DNA from: Candidatus Bathyarchaeota archaeon
Lineage (GTDB): Archaea > Thermoproteota > Bathyarchaeia > Bathyarchaeales > Bathycorpusculaceae
Assembly: GCA_963768425.1 (NCBI GenBank)
Contig: CAVYHV010000009.1
Span: forward strand, 64,001 to 128,000
Reading direction: 5' to 3'
DNA length: 64,000 nt
Below the pieces are notes generated by a model. It made no database searches and was not told the origin of the DNA. It saw nothing but the letters and a program-made list of their open reading frames with translations. The position numbers and the translations under genes were made by a program. Numbering within the stretch: position 1 is the stretch's first letter; each line of letters begins with the position of its first letter. Positions 29,829 through 39,246 of the stretch are shown here, in pieces.

Positions 29829-30944
29829 ATGATGACTGAAAACCTCAGAGAAGAAAAAGGCAAGGCAATAGCCCAATCAGCCAATCAGGTAAACCGAATA
29901 GACGATTACCTATACACAGTAAAATCTCAATCTGGAAATGGCGATTACGCTGTTACAAAAGTTGATGATGAATGGGTTTGCCAATGCCCAGACAACACTT
30001 ACAGACATATCCCATGCAAACACATCCATGCAGTAAACTTCTCACTCACTCTAAGAGCAACCGTCAAAGAGCGAACAATCGCTCCAATCGAAAACCTAAG
30101 CGAATGTATCTTTTGCGGGTCACATAACCTTATGAAAGCGGGAAAACGCAAAAACAAAGCAGTAACCATCCAAAAATATCTTTGCCGAGACTGCCACAAA
30201 TACTTCACATTCAACATAGGCTTTGAAAAAATGAAACATAACCCACAAGCGATAACGACAAGCCTTCAGCTATATTTCAGCGGTGAAAGCTTAAGAAATA
30301 CAATGAACGCCTTAGAACTAATGGGTGTCAAAGTCTCTTACCGAACAATCCTAAACTGGATAAAGAAGTACATAGCCCTAATGAAAGACTACACCGAAAA
30401 AATAACTCCAAATGTCAGCGACACATGGAGAGCAGACGAAATTTACCTCAAAATTTCGGGAAATATGAAATATCTGTTCTCAATGATGGATGACGAAACA
30501 AGGTTCTGGATAGCTCAAGAAGTAGCAGAAAGCAAAGATCGTCATGACGCAAGAAACCTCTTAAGAATGTCTAAAGAGCTAATGGGTAAAAAACCAATGA
30601 CCTTCATAACCGATGGACTCCCAGCTTATCATGACGCATACAAAAAAGAGTTTTGGACACTGAGAAATCCAAGAACCGAACACATAAGCCACATAGCCCT
30701 AAGAGGCGATCACAACAATAACAAAATGGAACGCATGAATGGAGAAATCCGTGACCGAGAAAAGACTATGAGAGGCTTAAAGAAAACGGATACAGACATT
30801 CTCAAAGGCTACCAAATTTACCATAATTATGTTCGACCTCATGAAGCTTTAGACGGCAAAACCCCTTCCGAAGCATGCGGAATAACGATTGAGGGAAAGA
30901 ACAAGTGGTTAACCCTTATTCAGAATGCAAGCAAAAAGAGTTAA
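29829..30944 (+). CDS. IS6-family DDE transposase with N-terminal SWIM zinc finger and zinc ribbon
   Basis: CQCPD...CKH (SWIM), CIFC...CRDC ribbon, HTH (GESLRNT...TILNWI), WRADE, TDG, NNKMER, HNY.RPH. Confidence 0.92.
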   Translation: MMTENLREEKGKAIAQSANQVNRIDDYLYTVKSQSGNGDYAVTKVDDEWVCQCPDNTYRHIPCKHIHAVNFSLTLRATVKERTIAPIENLSECIFCGSHNLMKAGKRKNKAVTIQKYLCRDCHKYFTFNIGFEKMKHNPQAITTSLQLYFSGESLRNTMNALELMGVKVSYRTILNWIKKYIALMKDYTEKITPNVSDTWRADEIYLKISGNMKYLFSMMDDETRFWIAQEVAESKDRHDARNLLRMSKELMGKKPMTFITDGLPAYHDAYKKEFWTLRNPRTEHISHIALRGDHNNNKMERMNGEIRDREKTMRGLKKTDTDILKGYQIYHNYVRPHEALDGKTPSEACGITIEGKNKWLTLIQNASKKS

Positions 30945-30957
30945 AATGTTTTGTATT

Positions 30958-31476
30958 CTAAACTTTGCTTTCTTCTTTGTCTTCAAAATTTTGCCTTGTT
31001 TTCTTACCCACAAATTCAAAAGAGTTAGGTTTGGCATGAACGCAATATATCTTGTATTTGTCTGCCATGCCTATTGCATCTATGTCAAAACCTTCGCTTG
31101 CAACGAGCATTAGCATGTTTGGAGTCCATTTCTGTAAGTCACTGCCTTGCTCATTGAGGTCTTTTACATCCTTTGCACATTCAATAAGCTTGGTTACGTT
31201 GACTCGTTTTATTTTGAAGGCTTTGCATTCTACCCAAAGGTGACTCTTGAAAAGACTTCCTGTTATTCCATGAACATCAACGTCATAAGGTCTTTGTGAG
31301 ACTTTTCCCCTTGCAGAATCATGTGAGCATTTATATCCAAATTGGCTTGTTAGCCATTTTGAAGCTCGTTTTTCAAGGCTAACTCCCTTTTCATAGGCAG
31401 TTAATCTTATTTTTTTCTTTGCTTGTGATAATTTATTAGGTGCTTTAGCTTTAGAAACCGTTATTTTCTTTGACGT
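30958..31476 (-). CDS. passenger: Mrr-like PD-(D/E)xK restriction endonuclease domain, no canonical start (ACG)
   Basis: Stop-free 172-codon frame: KGVSLEKR...YDVDVHG...WVECKAF...VASEGFDIDAIGMADKYKI. The frame begins ACG directly after a TAA. Confidence 0.75.
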   Translation of the reverse strand, partial: TSKKITVSKAKAPNKLSQAKKKIRLTAYEKGVSLEKRASKWLTSQFGYKCSHDSARGKVSQRPYDVDVHGITGSLFKSHLWVECKAFKIKRVNVTKLIECAKDVKDLNEQGSDLQKWTPNMLMLVASEGFDIDAIGMADKYKIYCVHAKPNSFEFVGKKTRQNFEDKEESKV

Positions 31477-31566
31477 TTAACAAACCTAACGATTATTTGA
31501 TTGCTTTTCTTTTTAAAACTTTCCAAAAATCTCCAGAAGACAGAAAAACAAGATATTGAAAAAAAG

Positions 31567-32046
31567 TTAGAGGGTTTTCTTCAAAGCGCTATAGAGTTTG
31601 TCAGTAAGTTTTTCGGCTCTTTCCATGTCCTTTATTGGAACTTGAATGCCAGTGTCTTCTCCGCCATTATAATAGGGAATATTGTTTTCGTCAAGAGTTT
31701 TCAATATCTGCTTAACCACTTTTTCATTTGCCGAGTTGTTCTTTTCTTCAATGTCATCTTTGTTTATGAGTCTGTCAAAATCTTTGTTGTTTTCCCAAAA
31801 GTATGAGTCTGATACTCCCATTGATTTAGCTTCTATTTTTGGCTTGTTTTCGTCAACTGTTGGCAAGTCAAAACGGTTAGGAGCTGAAAGCCACTGTTCA
31901 ATATTTTTTGCTCTTGGAGCTTTCAAGCTTCGGTCTATAGCTTTCGCATGAGGGGTTCGCCTTGCTTGAACTCTTCTAGCCCTTCTCAACTGATTGCCAT
32001 AACTAGAACCTCTTTTGCCATTATAACTCAATTCAATTACCTTCAA
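31567..32046 (-). CDS. passenger: hypothetical protein with basic N-terminus
   Basis: 159-aa ORF with an Arg-rich N-terminus. C-terminal LDENNIPY...IQVPIKDMERA small alpha/beta motif. Start uncertain. Confidence 0.6.
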   Translation of the reverse strand: MKVIELSYNGKRGSSYGNQLRRARRVQARRTPHAKAIDRSLKAPRAKNIEQWLSAPNRFDLPTVDENKPKIEAKSMGVSDSYFWENNKDFDRLINKDDIEEKNNSANEKVVKQILKTLDENNIPYYNGGEDTGIQVPIKDMERAEKLTDKLYSALKKTL

Positions 32047-32062
32047 GAGAAAAAAGTAATAA

Positions 32063-32112
32063 TAGACGATTTTTCACATGAACCCCATTCTAGACGGAGA
32101 CTTCACAGAACC
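32063..32112 (-). repeat. right terminal inverted repeat (50 bp)
   Basis: Exact reverse complement of 28838-28887. Confidence 0.95.
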
Positions 32113-32710
32113 CTTAAAGATAAGTTTTATGTGAAGGCTTCAGCGGCTAAATCAAGAACAAGCTTAATTGTTGGTTTTTCTGATTCAATTTGGCTTAAGT
32201 TGTAATCATTGCGCCGTCATAGATTATTCCTGAGGTGCAGAAGCCGGAGGAATCGTGCCAAAGCTGCTAGGCACCCATGAGTACATTGGAAAATCCTTCG
32301 CCACTTTTCCAACGCCGTCCAGCTGAAAAGTCTAAGGATAATCATAAATCAAAACAAGAAAATTTAAGAATATCAAGACAGCGATAACTGATATTATCAA
32401 AACTTTTCTTTTTTTCGAAATTGGTGGATGTAACGTCTTTGTGCGCATGAATCTTCAAGGATGCAAATGACGCTTCTATCAAGATTATCGAACACTTGTT
32501 AAAGATTTTAATGTTTTTGATGTATTTTTTCTTAAAAAAGCCACACGGCTACCCTAAAAGAATGTACGAAAGGTTCATAAGTAATTGGGTCTTTTTCCTA
32601 ACGGCAATAGATAGCAGAACCAACTGCAATTCAAGCTAACGTCAGCATCAAAAAAGGTTGATGTTGGCCAACTGAAAAGTTAAAATAGTCGGTTGAAGAG
32701 GTGAAAAGGT

Positions 32711-33034
32711 ATGGAAAACATTTACGCAGCGATGCTCCTTCACAAGGCAGGAAAAGAAATAAACGAAGAATCAGTAACAGCAGTTCTAAACGCAGCAGGA
32801 ATCACAGTTGATCAGATTCAAGTAAAAGCGCTCGTTGCATCACTGAGCGAAGTAAATATTGATGAGGCAATCAAAGCAGCTCCAGCAATGATGGCGGCCG
32901 CTCCAGTTGCAGCACCAGCAGGCACAGAAGCAAAACCAGCAGCCGCAGCTCCAGAAGACAAGAAGAAGAAAGCTGAAGAAGAGAAAGCCAAAGAAGAAGC
33001 AGCGTTAGAAGGATTAGGCGCCCTATTCGGGTAA
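32711..33034 (+). CDS. rpl12: 50S ribosomal stalk protein P1/L12
   Basis: [11 protein letters not shown], Ala/Pro hinge, [13 protein letters not shown]. Confidence 0.97.
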   Translation: MENIYAAMLLHKAGKEINEESVTAVLNAAGITVDQIQVKALVASLSEVNIDEAIKAAPAMMAAAPVAAPAGTEAKPAAAAPEDKKKKAEEEKAKEEAALEGLGALFG

Positions 33035-33127
33035 ATCAGCCTCTTATTTCTTAATTTCAACCAATTTTTCCCCAAACCTGTTTATTTGCAGCTTCAGTGA
33101 GTTTTCAAAAACAAGAAAAAAATTGTT

Positions 33128-34336
33128 TTATTGAACGGGGACGTTTGCGTCTTGAGCGGTCTCAACAGTCGGAGTTGCCGCTGGCAAGTTTGCTTTCGTC
33201 TTACGTTCAAACCAAAGCGCCAACGCGACTACAGGCGCCCACCCAGTAATAATAAATACGGTGGCCGGTAAGCCTCCAACGTTTCGCCCAACAATCGGAA
33301 CAAGCCAATTTATTATGTCAAATAAATAGGCATCCCAGACGCCAAACACTATAGCTATAACTGTTGCAGCGATAAGGGCAGTTTTTAGACTAAATCTTTT
33401 GCATGTTTGAATTGTAAGGAGGCCAGCAAAGAAAAAGTCGCCTAAACCGAGTCCTCTATAGCCGATGGCCAAAGCAGTGGAGTTTGGAATTTTGATCATC
33501 TGAAGGGGGATGTTGGGCAGGTAAACGAGTACTGGAAGCCCAAGTCCACTAAATTTAGTTGCCGCTGCAACCATCGCGGTGCTTCCGATGACCAGGATGA
33601 TATCCAAGCTTGTTAAGAGAACTGCAAAAAGCCCAACAGTCTTCCAGTTAAACAATGTGCTTAGATACAGTATGATGAGGACTGCGAAGGTTAAAGCAAA
33701 AACATCCATAAGGTACGGGGTCCAAACCGCCGCTGTTCCCGCGTTATTCAAAAAGTTAAAGAAGACAAACAACAAAACAAAAATCGCCGGAGGCTGCGCA
33801 GCAACATACCAACGCTCTTTATGAACCGTGTTTTTTCGCTCGTAAAAGGCGACACCGAAGCAAAACGCCGCTAACACGATGAAGGCTACAACTCTCAGTA
33901 TGGTGTAGGCATCTTGGAGCGGCGGTAACACGCAGACTGCACCTGCAATTATAGAGGCAACGCCGAACCCCACTGAAAAAAGCTGCGCCCTGACTTTTGG
34001 GATACCGCTAAACAAGTATGAAATTGTGTACAGCAGCATGGTGTATGAGAACAAGAAGAATACAAGAATTACGTCGCTGAAGAGTTCTCCAGGTGCATAG
34101 ATAGCGGCTAAGGCTAAGCCTGAAATGATTATAGCCATGAATACGACGAGGACAACTACATCTTTAGTTTTGAACTGCTTCTGCTCAACAGTTGACATCA
34201 GTCGTCCTTCTGTGCGCTTATTCAAAAACAAGGCAATAACAATTACACTGAATAAGGCCAAAGGCATGGCGATGTCAAGGGAGGGCATAGAGAGAGCAAT
34301 AATCATCGACTCATTTATCTGTTTATCCAACAACAT
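33128..34336 (-). CDS. presenilin/signal-peptide-peptidase-like GxGD intramembrane aspartyl protease
   Basis: Multi-TM protein with LDIILV and GLGLGDF aspartates and a PAL-like LPAT. Confidence 0.8.
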   Translation of the reverse strand: MLLDKQINESMIIALSMPSLDIAMPLALFSVIVIALFLNKRTEGRLMSTVEQKQFKTKDVVVLVVFMAIIISGLALAAIYAPGELFSDVILVFFLFSYTMLLYTISYLFSGIPKVRAQLFSVGFGVASIIAGAVCVLPPLQDAYTILRVVAFIVLAAFCFGVAFYERKNTVHKERWYVAAQPPAIFVLLFVFFNFLNNAGTAAVWTPYLMDVFALTFAVLIILYLSTLFNWKTVGLFAVLLTSLDIILVIGSTAMVAAATKFSGLGLPVLVYLPNIPLQMIKIPNSTALAIGYRGLGLGDFFFAGLLTIQTCKRFSLKTALIAATVIAIVFGVWDAYLFDIINWLVPIVGRNVGGLPATVFIITGWAPVVALALWFERKTKANLPAATPTVETAQDANVPVQ

Positions 34337-34422
34337 CTAAAAAACTCAATTTCAAACCGCCCCTAAATAACGCTCTTACGAATGCCATAACCTTAAGAAT
34401 AGCCAAAGAAATAAACAAACCC

Positions 34423-35004
34423 ATGATCCAACCACCCGAAAGATGCTGGAACACCAATGACTCTCTCTATGTCAAGTACCATGATGAAGAATGGGGCGTC
34501 CCCGTGCATGACGACCGCAAACTTTTCGAGTTCTTGGTTCTCGATAGTTTTCAGGCTGGCTTAACGTGGTTGCTTATTCTTCAGCGAAGAGACTCCTTTA
34601 GAATAGCTTTCGATAACTTCAACCCTGAAAAGATAGCAAAATACACCTCTAGAGACGTCGAACGATTAATGGAAACGCCCAACATAGTTCGTAACCAATT
34701 GAAAATCAAAGCTGCAATAAACAACGCCGAAAAATTCCTTGAAGTTAAAAAGGAACTCGGCAGTTTCAACGGCTATGTCTGGGGATTCGTCAATGGAAAA
34801 ACAATCCACAACTCTTTCGCAACCTTAGAAGATTTGCCTGCGGAAACCGAGGCGTCAAGGGCAATGAGCCAAGACATGAAAAAAAGGGGATTCAAGTTCG
34901 TCGGACCCACAATATGTTACGCCTTCATGCAAGCTGCAGGTTTAGTGAACGACCACCTGCAATTTTGCTTCAGATACAAGCAAATCAAAGAAAACAAACT
35001 CTAA
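34423..35004 (+). CDS. tag: DNA-3-methyladenine glycosylase I
   Basis: RCW, YHDEEWGVP, QAGLTW, GFKFVGPTICYAFMQAAGLVNDH. Confidence 0.95.
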   Translation: MIQPPERCWNTNDSLYVKYHDEEWGVPVHDDRKLFEFLVLDSFQAGLTWLLILQRRDSFRIAFDNFNPEKIAKYTSRDVERLMETPNIVRNQLKIKAAINNAEKFLEVKKELGSFNGYVWGFVNGKTIHNSFATLEDLPAETEASRAMSQDMKKRGFKFVGPTICYAFMQAAGLVNDHLQFCFRYKQIKENKL

Positions 35005-35035
35005 AAACTACAGGGCAAGGCCACTATTTTGGTAT

Positions 35036-35890
35036 TCAGTAGCTAAATCTTTCATTGAAAATGGCTAGTGAAGCCAGAAACGCCTCTTCAGTTCTAACCG
35101 TCGCCGTTCCTTGTCCGGGAATCGTGTTCACGACAAAATCAACAATTGACTCAAGTTTTGTTCCCTCTCCTTTGGCAATCTCGTGCAAGCCCCTTAACGG
35201 TGCCCCAAAAGCCACCAAGATGTTTTGAGCCGGACTCCATTTTGCGTAAATCTTGTCCGATATTTTGTTTACATAGATGCCAAGTCTGGCAGTTGCAATG
35301 GTTAAATCAAATCCTCCGGCAGCTAGTAGCTGCTTGAACGATGTGTTTTCCACCCTTACCCTGAAGCCCCAGTACATCTCGATTTCGTCGCGGTTTGCAG
35401 CCTGAACTTCAATCCGTTCGCCTACATTGACTATTTGCAGCGTCAAACGCTCTCCGACAACATACTGGCTTTCTCGCAAAATCGCAGGTTGCTCCACACC
35501 TATATCCACAAGCAAGCCGTCTTTAACCTCTGAGAGCACCACGCCTTCACGGTAAACGCCTGCCTTCAAATCACGGGTTTTGCCGCTATCAGGATGATGA
35601 GGGGTACGTAGCGGCGGCAGAATCCCAGCGTATTGCAATCGGGGCTCGATCTTGAAGAGGCTTTTGCGCAGGTACTGCGGAGTCTCCAAGTAGTTAAGCA
35701 AAAGAACTATGAAATTCATGTCTTGTGTCTGGTTAATTTTAGGGTTATCTGGGTAAACAATGATTTCGTGGACCCTGAAAATCGCCGCTGCTCGTCCAAT
35801 CAATCCGACCTTCGCTGTTTTCTCCCGAAGATGAGGCGTATCTGCTATAGTTGAGGCTGGGATGGCGACTGTGAGTTTCTTTTTGTCCAT
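35036..35890 (-). CDS. SPOUT-class RNA methyltransferase (DUF171/MTH1 family)
   Basis: IGRAAAIFRV, ETPQYLRK, GILPPLRTPHH, QGTATVRTEEA. Confidence 0.9.
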   Translation of the reverse strand: MDKKKLTVAIPASTIADTPHLREKTAKVGLIGRAAAIFRVHEIIVYPDNPKINQTQDMNFIVLLLNYLETPQYLRKSLFKIEPRLQYAGILPPLRTPHHPDSGKTRDLKAGVYREGVVLSEVKDGLLVDIGVEQPAILRESQYVVGERLTLQIVNVGERIEVQAANRDEIEMYWGFRVRVENTSFKQLLAAGGFDLTIATARLGIYVNKISDKIYAKWSPAQNILVAFGAPLRGLHEIAKGEGTKLESIVDFVVNTIPGQGTATVRTEEAFLASLAIFNERFSY

Positions 35891-35988
35891 GACTTTTTTG
35901 CTCCGAACGCTAGATCGATCCTGGTTTGCGTTGAGCTTAAAAGGTGGAGTTTAGATATAAAATTGCGGGTTACTGGAGGGATTTTGAA

Positions 35989-37089
35989 ATGACGAGTTCC
36001 TTTTTAGATGATGTAGAAAACATTAGAGCCGTTGATAGAAGTGGAATGATTGATTTTTGTCTTAATTCCGCAAAGATTTACTCCGAAGCTAAGGTGCTGG
36101 CTGATGAAATTAAAGTAAACTATCTTGAACCAGAGAACATTGTTATCTCGGGTATGGGTGGCTCAGGAATAGGGGGCGACCTGCTTAAGGACTGGGCAAA
36201 AAAACAAACGTCGGTGCCAATCGAAGTCAACAAGGATTACGAGCTTCCAGAATATGCGGGCGAAAAAACCCTAGTGTTCATAACAAGCTACTCAGGCGAC
36301 ACTGAGGAAACCCTCAACGCATTTCTTGACGCGTTAAAGCGGAAATGCATGATTTTTTGCGTTAGTAGCGGGGGCGCCTTGCTTGAAAACGCTGAAAGGC
36401 TCGGTGTACCTTACTTTCGGGTGCCAAGCGGAATGCCTCCCAGAGCTGCACTTCCCTATATGTTTGTTCCGCTTTTGATTTACATGGAGAGAGCAGGCTT
36501 AGTTGAAGGCGCCTCAAAAGAACTCTTCGAAGCAATGCCGCTTCTTAAGAAAATAAGCGAAGAAAATGCGCCTGACAAACCAACAGTTGAAAATTACGCG
36601 AAAGCCTTAGCGCTGAACATAGGGAAAACTTCGCCTGTCATCTACGGGTTCGGTGTTTACCGCGGCGTGGCCCTGCGTTTCAAGCAGCAATTTAACGAGA
36701 ACAGCAAGGTTCCTGCGAAATCAGACGTTTTCAGCGAGTTGAATCATAACGAGATTGTAGGTTGGGAACGCGCTGAAGAACTTGGCAAGTGCTTCTCCGC
36801 GATCTTCCTGCGAGACCAAGAAGAGCCAGCTGCGATTCAAAGCCGCATTGAAATTACAAAAGAGCTCGTGGAGCAGGCTGGTGTGAACGTGCTTGAAATT
36901 GTGGCTCAGGGCAAAAGCAGCCTGGCGCGGATGCTGTCAACAATTCTGGTCGGCGACTTTACAAGCGTTTACCTGTCAGTCTTGCGAGGGGTAGATCCTA
37001 CTCCCGTCAAAACTGTAAACTACCTCAAAGACACGCTGAAGCAAAACGGGTTTAGAGAGAAAGTTATAGGGGAACTCGCAAAACTTTAA
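35989..37089 (+). CDS. bifunctional phosphoglucose/phosphomannose isomerase
   Basis: GMGGSGIGG, SYSGDTEET, PRAA, NENSK, ELNHNE, GVDPTPV. Confidence 0.92.
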   Translation: MTSSFLDDVENIRAVDRSGMIDFCLNSAKIYSEAKVLADEIKVNYLEPENIVISGMGGSGIGGDLLKDWAKKQTSVPIEVNKDYELPEYAGEKTLVFITSYSGDTEETLNAFLDALKRKCMIFCVSSGGALLENAERLGVPYFRVPSGMPPRAALPYMFVPLLIYMERAGLVEGASKELFEAMPLLKKISEENAPDKPTVENYAKALALNIGKTSPVIYGFGVYRGVALRFKQQFNENSKVPAKSDVFSELNHNEIVGWERAEELGKCFSAIFLRDQEEPAAIQSRIEITKELVEQAGVNVLEIVAQGKSSLARMLSTILVGDFTSVYLSVLRGVDPTPVKTVNYLKDTLKQNGFREKVIGELAKL

Positions 37090-37118
37090 CACGAACACTC
37101 CAGGGTTGTTCTTGACAA

Positions 37119-37778
37119 CTATTTCCTTTTATTTTTTCGAGAAATTACAGCTAAGGCAGCAATCACGGCAATTACCACCACGATGACCGTAACAACCAGA
37201 TAAAACACGTTCTGATTTAAGCCGAGAATCTGGGGGCTCCAAATGTTTGTTGCAATCGCCTGGGCGTTGACTGTATAAGTTCCCAAGTTATCCGCACTTT
37301 GAATGTAGAAACCCGTGTCTTTATCCCATTCCTTGTTTCTTTGAACACCGCCTAGCGAACTGTTTGTGTATGTTACTGTCCTGTCTGCTCCCGCGACGGT
37401 TTTTTGGATTTGTCCTTGTATGGGCACGTTGCTGTTGATTGACGAATCGTAGAAGGTTTGGCCTGGACTGAGGTTTGCCGGGATGATTATCCAAGCTTGA
37501 ACGTTTCCCGTGGAGAAATCGAAGAACCTAAGCGAGGTTGAGAGGGTTCCGTTAACGTATTTGACGGTAAAGTTTGCATGAAACGCTTCGCCCTCTATAT
37601 CAACGATCTCGATCTTAGCCCACGTTAAATCTTGAGCGGCAGGAACAGCTCCAGTAGTTTTGACTGAGTATTCAACCCAGTTGCCCGCCTTAACGCCTAC
37701 AGAAGGCTGAGCCTCCGCTGCGGCTATCGAAATAATCATGAAAGCAACAATCATCAACGCAACAACTGTTTTACGCAT
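37119..37778 (-). CDS. secreted protein with C-terminal TM anchor
   Basis: Signal peptide, GVKAGNWVEY, WDKDTG, TM helix and basic tail. Confidence 0.8.
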   Translation of the reverse strand: MRKTVVALMIVAFMIISIAAAEAQPSVGVKAGNWVEYSVKTTGAVPAAQDLTWAKIEIVDIEGEAFHANFTVKYVNGTLSTSLRFFDFSTGNVQAWIIIPANLSPGQTFYDSSINSNVPIQGQIQKTVAGADRTVTYTNSSLGGVQRNKEWDKDTGFYIQSADNLGTYTVNAQAIATNIWSPQILGLNQNVFYLVVTVIVVVIAVIAALAVISRKNKRK

Positions 37779-37879
37779 GAAACAGACTCAAGAATGTGTT
37801 AGGTTTTTTCACTTATAACACTTTTTATTGAACGAAGATTTGGAAAGCGGTTAGGAAATAGGCCTTCCAAAAGGGGGTC

Positions 37880-38933
37880 TTAGGCGATGAATTTCGCGAA
37901 TTCCTTTTCCGCAACTTCCATGGATACAATTTGCGGAGGACGCTTAAACGCGTAAGCGCAAACGGGTTCAATCGCGCCTTTAAGCTTCTTGTTCAAAGCT
38001 AGTTTCATCGCGCGGACTACGTCGAAGAGCACGCTGCCAGCGTTAGGTGCATCAACCGTTTGGAATTTGAGGTCGATTTTCATCGGTGCATTGCAAAAGT
38101 ACACACCGCTTATCCAAAAGTAACTGTCACGTTTGTTCTGTAGAAAATCGACATAGTCAGTTGAGCCTGCTACAACTTCAGCTTTGTATGGGATTGATGC
38201 AGCTACGGATTCGGTTTTTATGCTGCGTTTTGCATCTCGGCTTCGGTCCATGGTATCGACGGATTCTGTTCCTCCGCCTACGTCAAGCTGGTAGGTCTCA
38301 TTGATTTTGACGCCGTTTTCGCTAAGCAGCTTAAGAAGTGTCTTGTGCAATGCGGTTGAGCCAACTTGGTCAACAAGGTCGTCACCGACAAGAGGAAGCT
38401 TTGCGTCGGCGAACTTTTTAGCCCAAGATGAATCGCTAGCTATGAAATTCGGCGTGGCATTCACGAATGCGCATCCTGCCGCCAAAGCCTGTTCAGCGTA
38501 CCATTGGCTGGCTTTTGAGGCTCCGCTGGGAAGCAAATTAACTATGACCTCGGCGCCTGCCGCCTTAAGAACTTTAACTACATCCGCATCTGGGGCGTTG
38601 CTGACTTGAACGATGGCTTTAGTTGAATCTCCTAAGCCGTCAAGCAACGGACCCTTAGCAACCTTAACACCCAACGAGGGAACATCAGCAACTTTAGGCG
38701 CGTTGTTCGGAGCAGCAAAAATGGCTGTCGGAAAGGTCTTTTCCGACTTTACGCTCATCAATATCAAAAGCCGCAACAACCTCGATGTCTTTGGAGCTTA
38801 AACCTGCCAAAACTGGATTTCGCAAGCCAACGAAATCTTCCGGTTTGCTGGATTTCTGGTAGTACTGGATGCCTTGGATGAAGGCTGAGGCGCAGTTTCC
38901 AACGCCGATTAATGCAACTTTGACTTTGGGCAT
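37880..38933 (-). CDS. ino1: myo-inositol-1-phosphate synthase (frameshift at ~38735)
   Basis: IGVGNCAS, AAFDID..KVGKDL, FVNATP, GDDL..QVG.T, DAPNAG. Confidence 0.9.
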
Positions 38934-39068
38934 ATGTGGCACCTTGCTTGGCTTCTCTATTTGCGATTGCATTATAAAAAGCTACGCCGCGCTAAAACTT
39001 GAACAAACGCTCAGTGCGCGCCTTTGGTCTTCTTTTTGCAACTGGATAAGAAACGCTTATTAAACGAC

Positions 39069-39087
39069 GCGTCTAAAGTTTAGACGC
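39069..39087. promoter_or_regulatory. perfect palindrome GCGTCTAAA-G-TTTAGACGC between the TATA-like box and the tRNA
   Basis: 9-bp arms with a 1-nt centre. TTATTAAA lies immediately upstream. Confidence 0.5.
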
Positions 39088-39097
39088 CACATAGTTC

Positions 39098-39172
39098 GGG
39101 CGAGTAGATCAGTCTGGTATGATCGCCACGTTGGCATCGTGGAGGTCCCGGGTTCAAATCCCGGCTCGTCCA
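39098..39172 (+). tRNA. tRNA-Ala(GGC), intronless, CCA not encoded
   Basis: Acceptor GGGCGAG/CTCGTCC with G3-U70, D arm GATC/GATC, anticodon arm CCACG-TTGGCAT-CGTGG, T arm CCGGG-TTCAAAT-CCCGG. Confidence 0.96.
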
Positions 39173-39246
39173 CTATTCTTGTTTAAACGCCACCCTGGTC
39201 TAAACCATAAGAAACCTTATGAATTAGCGAAACCAAGAACAATCTG

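Larger units (their letters stand above)
28838..32112. mobile_element. IS6-family transposon with passenger genes (3,275 bp)
   Basis: Perfect 50-bp TIRs starting GGTTCTGT, 8-bp TSD CTTAAAGA (28830-28837 and 32113-32120), IS6-type DDE transposase, AT-rich interior. Confidence 0.95.

Noticed and set aside
39098-39172. tRNA-Ala as an integration site
   Set aside because: No duplicated tRNA 3' end and no integrase found in the window.
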